Assembly (NCBI GenBank): GCA_965223415.1
Contig: OZ245002.1
Location: forward strand, 2,880,001-2,944,000
Reading direction: 5' to 3'
Length of the DNA: 64,000 nt
Source: Myxococcota bacterium
Lineage (GTDB): Bacteria; Myxococcota_A; UBA9160; UBA6930
A program made the position numbers and the translations under genes. Below the pieces are notes generated by a model, which did no database searches, was not told where the DNA came from, and worked only from the letters and a program-made list of their open reading frames with translations. Numbering within the stretch: the first letter of the stretch is position 1; every line of letters starts with the position of its first letter. Of the stretch, positions 38,300 through 47,514 are shown piece after piece.

Positions 38300-39427
38300 A
38301 TGAGCGAGTCGGAGTTCCAGGAGGTCGAGCGCTCGACGCTGGACCGGGAGGAGGCGCGGGCGCGGCTCGAGGGCTGGCTCGCCGCGCAGCTGCCGGCGGG
38401 TGCGGAGCCGGCGGTCTCGGAGCTGGATGCGCCGTCCGGGACGGGGATGTCGAGCGAGACCCTGCTCTTCGACGCGACGTGGAGCGAGGGCGGCGCCCGG
38501 GAGACGGTACCCCTCGTCGGCCGCCTGGCGCCGGATGCGCGGGACGTGCCGGTCTTCCCGAGCTACGACCTCGAGAACCAGTTCCGCCTGCTGCGGCTGA
38601 TTGCCGAGCACAGCGACGTGCCCGTGCCCCGGGTGCGGTGGCTCGAGAACGATCCCTCGGCGCTGGGCTCGCCCTTCTTCGTGATGGACCGGGTCGAGGG
38701 ACGCGTGCCTCCGGACATCCCGCCCTACCTGTTCGCCGGCTGGGTGTTCGACGCGTCCGCCGACGAGCGCCGCGTTCTGATGGACACGACGATCGCGGCG
38801 ATGGCCTCCCTGCACGGGATCGACCCGGCGAAGGCGGACGCCTCCTTCCTCGAGTTCCCGGTCGCCGGTGGCACTCCCTTGCGTCGCCACCTCCAGAACC
38901 AGCGGGACTACCATGCCTGGGTCGTCGCTGACGGCGTGCGTCACCCGATCCTCGAGCGCACCTTCGCCTGGCTGGACGAGCACTGGCCGGCTGACGAGGG
39001 CGAGACGGTCATCAGCTGGGGCGATTCGCGCATCGGCAACGTGCTGTACGCGGGCTTCGAGCCCGCCGCCCTGCTGGACTGGGAGATGGCCGGCCTCGGC
39101 CCCCGCGAGCTGGACCTGGGCTGGCTGTGCTTCATGCACGCCTTCTTCCAGGACATCGCCGAGAGCGCGGGGCAGCCGGGGCTACCGGATCTCCTGCGCC
39201 TGCCGGAGGCCGCCGCGAGCTACGAGCGCGCCTCCGGCCACGCGCCTCGCGACCTGCTCTGGTACTTCACCTACGCGGCATTGCGCCACGGCATCGTGAT
39301 GGCCCGCATCCACCGTCGGATGATGCACTTCGGGCAGGCGGAATGGGGCGACGACCCGGACTCCGTCATCCCCCACCGCGGCCTGCTCGAGCGCATGCTC
39401 GGCGGCGCCTGGAGTCCGCTGGCATGA
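38300..39427 (+). CDS. APH/ChoK-family phosphotransferase
   Basis: GMSSETLLFD, LGSPFFVMDRVEG, WGDSRIGN, LLDWEMA. Confidence 0.92.
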   Translation: MSESEFQEVERSTLDREEARARLEGWLAAQLPAGAEPAVSELDAPSGTGMSSETLLFDATWSEGGARETVPLVGRLAPDARDVPVFPSYDLENQFRLLRLIAEHSDVPVPRVRWLENDPSALGSPFFVMDRVEGRVPPDIPPYLFAGWVFDASADERRVLMDTTIAAMASLHGIDPAKADASFLEFPVAGGTPLRRHLQNQRDYHAWVVADGVRHPILERTFAWLDEHWPADEGETVISWGDSRIGNVLYAGFEPAALLDWEMAGLGPRELDLGWLCFMHAFFQDIAESAGQPGLPDLLRLPEAAASYERASGHAPRDLLWYFTYAALRHGIVMARIHRRMMHFGQAEWGDDPDSVIPHRGLLERMLGGAWSPLA

Positions 39428-40581
39428 ACAACCCCATCGGTGAGCTGCTGCCCGAGGACGAGTCCTTCACCCATCAGGTCACCGAGACCTTCGCCAGCGT
39501 CGCGAGCAGCGATCCCTCGTGGACCGAGAAGGTCTGTGCCATGGCGATGGCCCGGGATGGCAGCCTGCAGATCGGCTTCGGTCTCGGGAAGTACACGAAT
39601 CGCAACGTGATGGACGGGTACGCGGCGCTCTCCCGCGGCAGGGAGCAGCTGACGGTGCGGGCGAGCCGCGCCCTGGCTCCGGAGCCGACCCGGACCGTGG
39701 TCGGACCGATCCGCTACGAGGTGGTCGAGCCGTTCCGCAAGGTGCGCTTCCGGCTCGAGCCGAACGACACGCAACCGATCGCCTTCGACTGGCTCTTCGA
39801 AGCGGTGCTGCCGCCCTTCCCAGAGGACCGCACCCACCTTCGAGCGGGCTACCGGCTCTCGTCGGACCTGGTCCGCTACCACCAGACCGGCGTCGCCTCC
39901 GGTTGGCTCCTCCTCGACGGCGAGCGCACCGAGATCGATCCCGAGGGATGGGTTTCGACCCGCGACCACTCCTGGGGCGTGCGCTACGACGTGGGGACGC
40001 CGCCTGCAGACGTGGAGCCGCGCCCGGGCATTCCGCCGGGCATGGGCTTCATGATGATCTGGTGCCCGGTGCTGATGCAGAAGACGGACGGAACGCGCTA
40101 CGGCCTGCACCTCCACTTCACGTGGATCAAGGGGCACGGCTTCGAGCAGAAGATGACGACGGCGCGGGTCGAGCACGTGGACGGCAGCGAAGAGACGATC
40201 GCCGACATCGAGCCCCACCTGCGCTTCGACGCGGACAACCGGCGGCTCCTCGGCGGGAGCCTCGTGTGCACGATGGCCGACGGCTCCGCCCGGCCCCTCG
40301 AGATTCGCCCCATGGGCGACACCGGCGTGCACCTCGGCGCCGGGCTCTACTTCGGCTTCGACGGCCACCATCACGGCGAGTGGCGCGGCCCGCTCCACGT
40401 CGACGGCGAGCGGATCGCCGACTGCACCACCCCCGAGCAGGCCCGCCGCCTCCACCAGATCCGCGACACCTGTGTCTTCGTCCGCGACCCGGTGGCCGGC
40501 GGCGAAGGCGTCGGCAACTGCCAACCCATCGCCTCCGGCCCCTGGCCCGAGCTCGGCCTCGCCGACGAAGACTGGATGTAG
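39424..40581 (+). CDS. Hypothetical beta-rich protein (AttH/tocopherol-cyclase-like fold suspected)
   Basis: RYHQTG, RDHSWGVR motif. ATGA-coupled to the phosphotransferase. Confidence 0.7.
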   Translation: MNNPIGELLPEDESFTHQVTETFASVASSDPSWTEKVCAMAMARDGSLQIGFGLGKYTNRNVMDGYAALSRGREQLTVRASRALAPEPTRTVVGPIRYEVVEPFRKVRFRLEPNDTQPIAFDWLFEAVLPPFPEDRTHLRAGYRLSSDLVRYHQTGVASGWLLLDGERTEIDPEGWVSTRDHSWGVRYDVGTPPADVEPRPGIPPGMGFMMIWCPVLMQKTDGTRYGLHLHFTWIKGHGFEQKMTTARVEHVDGSEETIADIEPHLRFDADNRRLLGGSLVCTMADGSARPLEIRPMGDTGVHLGAGLYFGFDGHHHGEWRGPLHVDGERIADCTTPEQARRLHQIRDTCVFVRDPVAGGEGVGNCQPIASGPWPELGLADEDWM

Positions 40582-40648
40582 AAACGGGGCCAGAGTTAAG
40601 AATGTAGTTCCCATGGGGAACTACATTCTTAACTCTGGCCCCGTTTCT
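40580..40648. repeat. Perfect palindrome (33-bp arms), REP/REPIN-like, family A
   Basis: AGAAACGGGGCCAGAGTTAAGAATGTAGTTCCC-atg-reverse complement, between convergent stops. Confidence 0.92.
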
Positions 40649-41136
40649 TAACCCAGGCTGGCGGGGGTTTCGTTCTTGGGGAGCTTGCCGTGGTCCCAGC
40701 TGATGAAGCGCTGGGGCTTGATGCGGATGAGGACGCGCTTGCCGGCCATACCCTGCTTCACGGCGTCCGGGAGCTGCGAGACGTCGGGCAGCTCGTTGGC
40801 GGTGGCGTCCATCGCCTCGATCATCGTGCGGACGGTGGCGTTGAGATCCTTCGAGAGCTCGGCCTCGCCGTAGATCATCACGCCGCGCAGCTCGTCGTAG
40901 GCGGAGCCGGTCTCGACGAGGAGCGTCACCCGCGGATCGCGCTCGATGTTCTTCACCTTCTGGCTACTCTCGTAGGTGGCGATGCGCACGGTCAGGTCGT
41001 CGTCGATGCCATAGAACATCGGCATCGCGTGGGGAAAGCCGCGCGGCCCGTTGGTCGTGATGATGATCGTGTGCCCGTCCACGAGGAACTCGCGGATCTC
41101 GTCGTCGGTCATCCGGATCTCGTCGCGCCGCGACAT
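40648..41136 (-). CDS. Pyridoxamine 5'-phosphate oxidase-like (PPOX/split-barrel, possibly F420-binding) protein
   Basis: MSRRDEIRMTDDEIREFL, SQKVKNIERDPRVTLLVE, YDELRGV, SWDHGKL. Confidence 0.88.
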   Translation of the reverse strand: MSRRDEIRMTDDEIREFLVDGHTIIITTNGPRGFPHAMPMFYGIDDDLTVRIATYESSQKVKNIERDPRVTLLVETGSAYDELRGVMIYGEAELSKDLNATVRTMIEAMDATANELPDVSQLPDAVKQGMAGKRVLIRIKPQRFISWDHGKLPKNETPASLG

Positions 41137-41144
41137 GCTACCTC

Positions 41145-42248
41145 CTATTCCTCGAACTCGGCCTTCGACGGGGAGCGACCGCCGGGGCCACTGTAGGCGA
41201 GGCCGACGCCCGGCGGCTCGGTGAACTCGACCGGCGGGACCGCCGCCAACGCCTTGCGCCAGCCCTCGATGAGCCGGTCTTCGGCCGGGTAGTCGAAGGG
41301 ATCCTGGAGGACGGTCTCCTCCAGGCCGCCAGGCTCCGGGGGGTGCTCGGCGAGCCAGCGCGCCGTTCGCGCCAGCGCCTCCCGGGCGGGCACGACGTCC
41401 CGGTAGCCGAGCTGGTGGCGGATCTTCCCCAGATCGAGGACCCGATGGCTGGTGATCGGCTGCGCGACCAGCGGCCGGGCCGGAGCCGCCAGCTCCCAGG
41501 GCAGCGACACGATCTCGAGCCGCGCCTCCAGCGCGTCGGCCACGATCTCCACCACCTGGCGCAGGCTCAGCACCTCGTCGTCGGCGCAGTTGTAGATCTG
41601 GCCGGCCGCCGCCTCGGGCTGGTCCACGGCCAGCAGCAGCGCGTGGGCCAGGTTCTCCGTGTAGCCGTGGTGGTGCAGGGTGAGGCCGTCCTCGGCCAGG
41701 ATGATGTGTCGCCGGCCGTCGAGGACGCGCCGCACGATGCACCACTCCCGCGGCACGAGCTGGTAGGGCCCGTAGACGTAGGGGTAGCGGAAGTGCGTCG
41801 CCCGCGGCTGGTGGGCGAACACCGCCTCCTCCGTCTTCACGATGCGAAAGCCCTTCTCGTCCTCCTGCGGCTCACGGACGAGGGGGGCGTCCTCCGGTGT
41901 CGGCACCGGCAGCCCGGCGGGCGAGAACAGCCCGGCGTTCATGAACCCGCGATAGGCAGGCACGCCTCCCACCGAGACGAATCGCTCGCAGCGCCCCGCC
42001 ATCAGCTCGGCCAGGCGGCGCAGCCGGCCGTACATGGCGACGCACAGGTCGAAGCTCCGGCCGGAGAGCGCCGCCTCCGTCGCGTCCATGTCGTAGGGAT
42101 CGACGTGGACGTGCTCGATATCCTCCGGGTTGTCCGGGTTCTCGTGCCGGCCCGTGTGGAGGATCGTCACCTCGTGCTCACGCGCCCGCAGGCCGCGTAC
42201 GACCAGGTGCCCGGTGGGCCCGGTGCCGCCGATCACGAGGGAATGCAT
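41145..42248 (-). CDS. NAD-dependent epimerase/dehydratase family protein
   Basis: LVIGGTGPTG Rossmann motif, RYPYVYGP, GQIYN. Confidence 0.88.
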   Translation of the reverse strand: MHSLVIGGTGPTGHLVVRGLRAREHEVTILHTGRHENPDNPEDIEHVHVDPYDMDATEAALSGRSFDLCVAMYGRLRRLAELMAGRCERFVSVGGVPAYRGFMNAGLFSPAGLPVPTPEDAPLVREPQEDEKGFRIVKTEEAVFAHQPRATHFRYPYVYGPYQLVPREWCIVRRVLDGRRHIILAEDGLTLHHHGYTENLAHALLLAVDQPEAAAGQIYNCADDEVLSLRQVVEIVADALEARLEIVSLPWELAAPARPLVAQPITSHRVLDLGKIRHQLGYRDVVPAREALARTARWLAEHPPEPGGLEETVLQDPFDYPAEDRLIEGWRKALAAVPPVEFTEPPGVGLAYSGPGGRSPSKAEFEE

Positions 42249-42256
42249 GGGCCCGG

Positions 42257-42266
42257 ATGATATCGT
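42257..42266. promoter_or_regulatory. Symmetric bidirectional -10 element (putatively leaderless)
   Basis: ATGATATCGT reads TATCGT on + (7 nt before GTG 42274) and TATCAT on - (8 nt before ATG 42248). Confidence 0.6.
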
Positions 42267-42273
42267 GGACGGC

Positions 42274-43233
42274 GTGAAGGCCCTCTTCTTCGACGGCCGC
42301 CGCGCCAGCGTGGAGGATCGCCCGGATCCCGAGCCCGGCGGCGACATGGCGCTCGTGCGGGTACGGCTGGCGGGCGTCTGCAACACGGATCTCGAGATCG
42401 CTCGGGGCTACATGGGCTTCCGGGGCGTGCTCGGCCACGAGTTCGTCGGCGAGGTGGAGGAGGGGCCGGAGCCGTGGCGCGGCCGGCGCGTGGTGGGCGA
42501 GATCAACTTCGCCTGCGGGAGCTGCGAGCGCTGCCGCGCGGGCATGGGCCGCCACTGCGCCACTCGCAAGGTGATGGGCATCCTGGGGGCGGACGGCGCC
42601 TTCGCCGAGCGGGTCGCCGTGCCCGTCGCCAACCTGCACCGGGTGCCGGAAGCGCTGCCGGACGAGAGCGCCGTCTTCACCGAGCCCCTGGCTGCCGCCT
42701 TCGAGATCCTCGAGCAGGTCCGGGTGACCCCCGAGATGCGTTGCGTCGTGCTCGGCGACGGCAAGCTCGGCCTGCTCGTCGCCCAGGTGCTCGCGGGCAC
42801 CGGTGCCCAGGTGAAGGCCGTGGGACGGCACGAGGAGAAGCTCGCGCACCTGGAGAGGGCCGGCATCGAGACCTCCGCGGCGGGTGCCTTCGACGCGGCG
42901 GCGGAGGACGCGGACCTGGTCGTCGAGGCCACCGGCAGCGCTCGCGGCTTCGAGCAGGCCGTCGCCGCCACGCGGCCCCGCGGCACCCTCGTGCTGAAGA
43001 GCACCGTCGCCGAGCGCCCGGAGCTCGATCTCGCGCCGCTGGTGATCGACGAGATCCAGCTGGTGGGCTCGCGCTGCGGCCCCTTCGAACCGGCGCTCGA
43101 CGCCCTGGCCGAGGGCCGCGTCTCCGTCGCGCCCCTCGTGAGCGAGACCTTCCCCCTCGCCCGCGCCCCCCAGGCCCTCTCCCGCGCCGCCGAGCCGGGC
43201 GTGCTGAAGGTCATGATCGACTGCGCAGGCTGA
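42274..43233 (+). CDS. Zinc-dependent alcohol dehydrogenase (MDR) family protein
   Basis: GVCNTD, LGHEFVG, CGSCERC...C, GDGKLG, GSRCGPF. Confidence 0.93.
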   Translation: MKALFFDGRRASVEDRPDPEPGGDMALVRVRLAGVCNTDLEIARGYMGFRGVLGHEFVGEVEEGPEPWRGRRVVGEINFACGSCERCRAGMGRHCATRKVMGILGADGAFAERVAVPVANLHRVPEALPDESAVFTEPLAAAFEILEQVRVTPEMRCVVLGDGKLGLLVAQVLAGTGAQVKAVGRHEEKLAHLERAGIETSAAGAFDAAAEDADLVVEATGSARGFEQAVAATRPRGTLVLKSTVAERPELDLAPLVIDEIQLVGSRCGPFEPALDALAEGRVSVAPLVSETFPLARAPQALSRAAEPGVLKVMIDCAG

Positions 43234-43253
43234 CGCCTCGAAGGGAGACGCCC

Positions 43254-43748
43254 ATGGCGGAAACCGCTGCGGCACTCAGCGCCGTACAGATCACGCTGAT
43301 CGAAGAGGCCAGGCTCTTCTTCGTCGCCTCGGCCCATCCACGGCTCGAGCCCGGCCCGGAGGGCCAGGGCCCGGTCAACTGCTCACCCAAGGGAAACGTC
43401 CCCCTCACCGTCCTCGACGCGCGGACCGTGGCCTACCTCGACTACCACGGAAGCGGCAACGAGACGGCGCGCCACGCGCTCGCCGACGGGCCGGTCACCG
43501 TGATGGTCATGTCGCTCGATGCCGAAGACGCGGCGATCCTGCGGCTCTACGGCCGCGCCGAGATCCAGCCGCTCGAATCCTCGCCCCTGGCTGACCGCCT
43601 CCTCCAACGATGCCGGGATCGCAAGGGGCTGCGCCAGGTGGTGTTGCTGCACGTCGAGAGCGCGCGCATGAGCTGCGGCTACGGCGTCCCGGTGTACGAG
43701 TATCGGGGCGACCGCGAGAGGTCCCAGCGCGGCCGCCGCTTCAAGTAG
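43254..43748 (+). CDS. Pyridoxamine 5'-phosphate oxidase family protein
   Basis: LFFVASA, VNCSPKG, YLDYHGSGNET, ILRLYG, SCGYGVP. Confidence 0.88.
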   Translation: MAETAAALSAVQITLIEEARLFFVASAHPRLEPGPEGQGPVNCSPKGNVPLTVLDARTVAYLDYHGSGNETARHALADGPVTVMVMSLDAEDAAILRLYGRAEIQPLESSPLADRLLQRCRDRKGLRQVVLLHVESARMSCGYGVPVYEYRGDRERSQRGRRFK

Positions 43749-43751
43749 GGC

Positions 43752-44723
43752 TCACGGCAGCAACAGCACCTTTCCGGTCGTGCGGCGGCCTTCGAGGGCG
43801 CGATGGGCCTCGGCCGCTTCGGCCAGGGGGAAGCGCGCGCCGATGCGCACCTCGAGGCTTCCGGCGGCGACATCGCCGAGGATGGCGCCGGCGCGCAGCT
43901 CGAGCTCCTCCCGGGTGGCGGTGTAGTGGGCAAGGGAGGGCCGCGTCACGAACAGCGATCCACCCAGGTTCAGGCGCTGCAGATCGAAAGGCGCGACCGG
44001 CCCGCTCGACTGCCCGTAGAGCGCCAGGAGGCCGCGAGGACGAAGGCACTGGAGGCTGCCGTCGAAGGTCGCCTGGCCCACGGCGTCGTAGACGACGTCG
44101 CAGCCGCGGCCGCCGGTGAGCTCCGCCACCCGGGGCGCGAAGTCGACCTCGTCGTAGCGGATCACGTGGTCGGCGCCGGCCTTGCGCGCGAGCTGGACCT
44201 TCTCGGCCGCTCCGCAGGTGCCGATCACCGTGGCGCCAGCCTGCTTCAGCAGCTGGATCAGGAGCAGGCCGACGCCACCGGCGGCCGCGTGCACGAGCGC
44301 GGTGTCGCCCTCGGCGGGCGTCCGGCAGCCGTGCACCAGGTAGTGCGCGGTCATTCCCTGGAGCATCGCGGCCCCGGCGGTCTCGTCGTCCACGGCATCG
44401 GGCACCTTCACCAGGTTCGCGGCGGGTGCCACGACGGCCTCGGCGTAGGATCCCGGCGCAGCGGCCCAGGCCACCCGGTCACCGGCCGCGAGACCGTCCA
44501 CCTCCGGTCCCACCGCCTCCACCACGCCGCAGCCCTCGAGGCCCGCCACGAAGGGAGTGGGACGCGGGTAGAGCCCGCTGCGCATGTAGACGTCGATGAA
44601 GTTCACGCCGGCTGCGCGCAGCGCGATTCGAACCTGTCCAACGCCGGGCTCTTCCGGGTCGTGCTCCTGCCACGACAGGACCGAGGCATCTCCCGGCTCG
44701 CGGACGACGATGGCGTGGGGCAT
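43752..44723 (-). CDS. qor: NADPH:quinone oxidoreductase (zeta-crystallin/Qor)
   Basis: GVNFIDVY, LQGMTAHYL, HAAAGGVG, YGQSSG, SLFVTRPSL, TTGKVLL. Confidence 0.92.
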   Translation of the reverse strand: MPHAIVVREPGDASVLSWQEHDPEEPGVGQVRIALRAAGVNFIDVYMRSGLYPRPTPFVAGLEGCGVVEAVGPEVDGLAAGDRVAWAAAPGSYAEAVVAPAANLVKVPDAVDDETAGAAMLQGMTAHYLVHGCRTPAEGDTALVHAAAGGVGLLLIQLLKQAGATVIGTCGAAEKVQLARKAGADHVIRYDEVDFAPRVAELTGGRGCDVVYDAVGQATFDGSLQCLRPRGLLALYGQSSGPVAPFDLQRLNLGGSLFVTRPSLAHYTATREELELRAGAILGDVAAGSLEVRIGARFPLAEAAEAHRALEGRRTTGKVLLLP

Positions 44724-44759
44724 GGCCGCCATGCTACGCCGTCCGGTGAAGGAGATCCC

Positions 44760-45422
44760 ATGGGCGAGATCGGGCTCTACGAGGCGATGTCGACGCTGCG
44801 GGCCGTGCGCCGGCTGCGACCGGACCCGATCCCCGAGGAGGTCCTGCGGCGGATCCTCGAGGCGGCCACCTGGGCGCCGAGCGGCGGCAACCGGCAGCCG
44901 TGGCGCGTCGTCATCGTGCGGGAGCCCGGGACGAAGCAGCGCCTGGGTGAGTTGTACGCGGAGCGATGGAAGGGCTTCGCCGCCGGCTACGCAGAGAGGC
45001 TCGAGGGCCTTCCCGCGGAGGTCGCCGCTGCCACGAAGAAGATGCTCGGTGCCGGTGACTTCCTGGCCGAGCACTTCCACGAGACGCCGGCCATCTTGAT
45101 CTTCTGCTTCGACCCGCGCGAGATGGCGATCACCGACGCGAGGCTGGATCGCGTCTCCGTGGTGGGCGGGGGCTCGGTGTATCCCGCCGTCCAGAACGCA
45201 TTGCTGGCCTGCCGCGCCGAGGGACTCGGCTGCACGCTCACCACGCTGCTGTGCGCCTGCGAGGGCGAGGTGCGGGAGCTGCTCGGCATCCCCGAAGGCT
45301 GGGGCACCGCCTGTGCCATCCCGATCGGCTACCCGCGCGGCAAGGGCCACGGACCGATCTCGCGGCGTCCGCCGGAGCGCATGGCCTTCGCCGACCGCTG
45401 GGACGCCCCGTTTCCCGGATGA
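44760..45422 (+). CDS. Nitroreductase family protein
   Basis: RAVRRLRPDPIP, APSGGNRQPW, AVQNALLACRAEGLG, IPIGYP. Confidence 0.92.
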   Translation: MGEIGLYEAMSTLRAVRRLRPDPIPEEVLRRILEAATWAPSGGNRQPWRVVIVREPGTKQRLGELYAERWKGFAAGYAERLEGLPAEVAAATKKMLGAGDFLAEHFHETPAILIFCFDPREMAITDARLDRVSVVGGGSVYPAVQNALLACRAEGLGCTLTTLLCACEGEVRELLGIPEGWGTACAIPIGYPRGKGHGPISRRPPERMAFADRWDAPFPG

Positions 45423-46570
45423 GTCACGGAACGGTCGCCGCCGCCGAGGCCCTCGTGCCGCTCCTGCGGGAACGCGCCGACGAGATCGAAGCGACCCGGC
45501 ACCTTCCGCGGGATCTCTCCGACCGCTTCGCGCGCGAGGGCTTCTACCGCCTCTACGTGCCCGAGAGCTGCGGTGGTCTCGAGGCGCCGCCCGCCGACGC
45601 CATGCGCACGGTGGAGACCCTGGCGCGGGGCGACGGCTCGGCGGCCTGGTGCGTCTTCATCGGCGCGACCTCCGGCACGGCGCTCGCCCTGCTCCCGGAC
45701 GATGCCGCGAAGGAGATCTTCGTCCGGCCGGAGACGCTCTTGTGCGGCGTGTTCGCACCGCGCGGGACGGCGGATGCCGAGCCCGGCGGCTTCCGGGTGA
45801 ACGGGCGCTGGGCCTGGGGCTCCGGCACCGAGAACGCCGACTGGATCCTGGCCGGCTGCGCCGTCCGCCGCGACGGCGAGACCGAGACCTTCCCGAACGG
45901 CGCCCCGCGCCCCTACATGATGGTCGTGCCCCGCGCGGAGGTGGAGCTCCTCGACACGTGGCACGTCGCCGGCTTGTGCGGGACCGGGAGCACGGACTTC
46001 CAGATCCGCGATGCCTTCGTTCCGGAACGCCACGTCGCCGGCCTCCTGGCGCGCCGTCCCCGGGATCGCCCTCTCTATGCGTTTCCCCAGTTCGGGCTCC
46101 TCGCGATGGGTGTCGCCGCAGTCGCCCTCGGGCTCGCGGCAGCCGCCGTGGAGGAGCTCGTCGCCCTGGCCGACGCGAAGACGCCGAGCATGAGCAGCCG
46201 CACCCTGGCCCGCCGGCCCAGCACCCAGGCCGCCGTCGCCGAGGCGGAGGCCCTGCGCCGCTCGGCCCGGGCCTTCTACTACGAGGCCGTCGACCGCGCC
46301 TGGGATGCGGCCCGACGAGGCGGCCAGCTCGACGTCGAGCATCGGCGCGACCTTCGCCTCGCCACGACCCACGCCACCCACGCGGCGGCCCAGGCGGTGG
46401 ATCGGATGTACCACGTGGCCGGCGGCAGCTCGGTCTATCGCAGCTCCCCGCTGCAACGCATCTTCCGCGACGTCCACGTCGCGACCCAACACATGATGGT
46501 GTCTGCCAGCACGCTGGAGCTGACCGGCCGGCTGCTCCTCGGCCTCGAGACCGACGTGGCCCAGCTCTGA
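45419..46570 (+). CDS. Flavin-dependent monooxygenase, acyl-CoA dehydrogenase fold (HsaA/C2-HpaH-like)
   Basis: DGSAAW, NGRWAWGSG, DTWHVAGLCGTGS, LQRIFRDVHVATQH. Confidence 0.88.
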   Translation: MSHGTVAAAEALVPLLRERADEIEATRHLPRDLSDRFAREGFYRLYVPESCGGLEAPPADAMRTVETLARGDGSAAWCVFIGATSGTALALLPDDAAKEIFVRPETLLCGVFAPRGTADAEPGGFRVNGRWAWGSGTENADWILAGCAVRRDGETETFPNGAPRPYMMVVPRAEVELLDTWHVAGLCGTGSTDFQIRDAFVPERHVAGLLARRPRDRPLYAFPQFGLLAMGVAAVALGLAAAAVEELVALADAKTPSMSSRTLARRPSTQAAVAEAEALRRSARAFYYEAVDRAWDAARRGGQLDVEHRRDLRLATTHATHAAAQAVDRMYHVAGGSSVYRSSPLQRIFRDVHVATQHMMVSASTLELTGRLLLGLETDVAQL

Positions 46571-47496
46571 TGCCCGGCCCCATCCGTGTTGGCCCCCTGG
46601 CCAGCCCCGAGATGCTCACGGCGCCGGTCCCGCGGCGCCGTGAGCTCTTCGCCCGCGTCGAGAGCGCCGGCCTCGATCACGTCTTCGTCGCGGATCACGT
46701 GAGCTTCTTCGTCGGCGCCGGCATGGACGGCCTGGTCCAGGCCGCCATGGCCGCGACCCTCGCTCCGGGTCTCCGCGTCGTCGTCGGCGTCTACCTCCTC
46801 GCGTTGCGCCACCCGGTTCCCGTCGCCCGCCAGATCGCCACCCTGTGCGAAGCCGCCCCGGGCCGCCTGATGCTCGGCGTGGGCGTCGGCGGCGAGGATC
46901 GCCACGAGATCGAGGTCTGCGGGGTCGACCCCCGCACTCGCGGTCGGCGCACCGACGAATGCCTGGCGATCCTCCGCCGCCTGCTCTCGGGCGAGAAGCT
47001 CACCTGGAAGGGCGAGTTCTTCGCCTTCGAGGACGCCTGGATCCTCCCCGCTCCGGACCCGCCGGTACCCCTGGTCGTCGGCGGCCGCAGCGACGCCGCC
47101 GTCCGCCGCGCAGGCCGCCTGGGCGACGGCTGGCTCGGGGTCTGGTGCTCGCCGCGACGCTATGCGGGCGTGCTCGCCGAGATCGCCGCCCACGCCAGGG
47201 AAGCCGGACGCGACGCTCTCCCGAACGAGCACGGTCTCCAGGTGTGGGTCGGCGTCGACCGGGACCGATCCCGCGCCCGCGAGCGTCTCGCGAAGGGAAT
47301 GCAGGATTTCTACCGCATCCCCTTCGATCGCTTCGAGCGCTACAGCCCGTATGGATCGGCGAAAGAGGTGGCCGACGAACTCGCGGGGTACGTGGAGGCG
47401 GGGTGTCGATTCTTCAACGTGATGCCGGTGGCTGAATCTGCGGAGGCGGGGATCGATGCTGTGGCGGAGATCCGGGAGCGGCTGAACCGGGGCTGA
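46570..47496 (+). CDS. LLM-class (luciferase-like) flavin/F420-dependent oxidoreductase
   Basis: VFVADH, LRHPVPVARQIATL, GRLMLGVGVG, RGRRTDE, AVRRAGRLGDGW. Confidence 0.92.
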   Translation: MPGPIRVGPLASPEMLTAPVPRRRELFARVESAGLDHVFVADHVSFFVGAGMDGLVQAAMAATLAPGLRVVVGVYLLALRHPVPVARQIATLCEAAPGRLMLGVGVGGEDRHEIEVCGVDPRTRGRRTDECLAILRRLLSGEKLTWKGEFFAFEDAWILPAPDPPVPLVVGGRSDAAVRRAGRLGDGWLGVWCSPRRYAGVLAEIAAHAREAGRDALPNEHGLQVWVGVDRDRSRARERLAKGMQDFYRIPFDRFERYSPYGSAKEVADELAGYVEAGCRFFNVMPVAESAEAGIDAVAEIRERLNRG

Positions 47497-47514
47497 GAGG
47501 ACGACCGCGACCCG

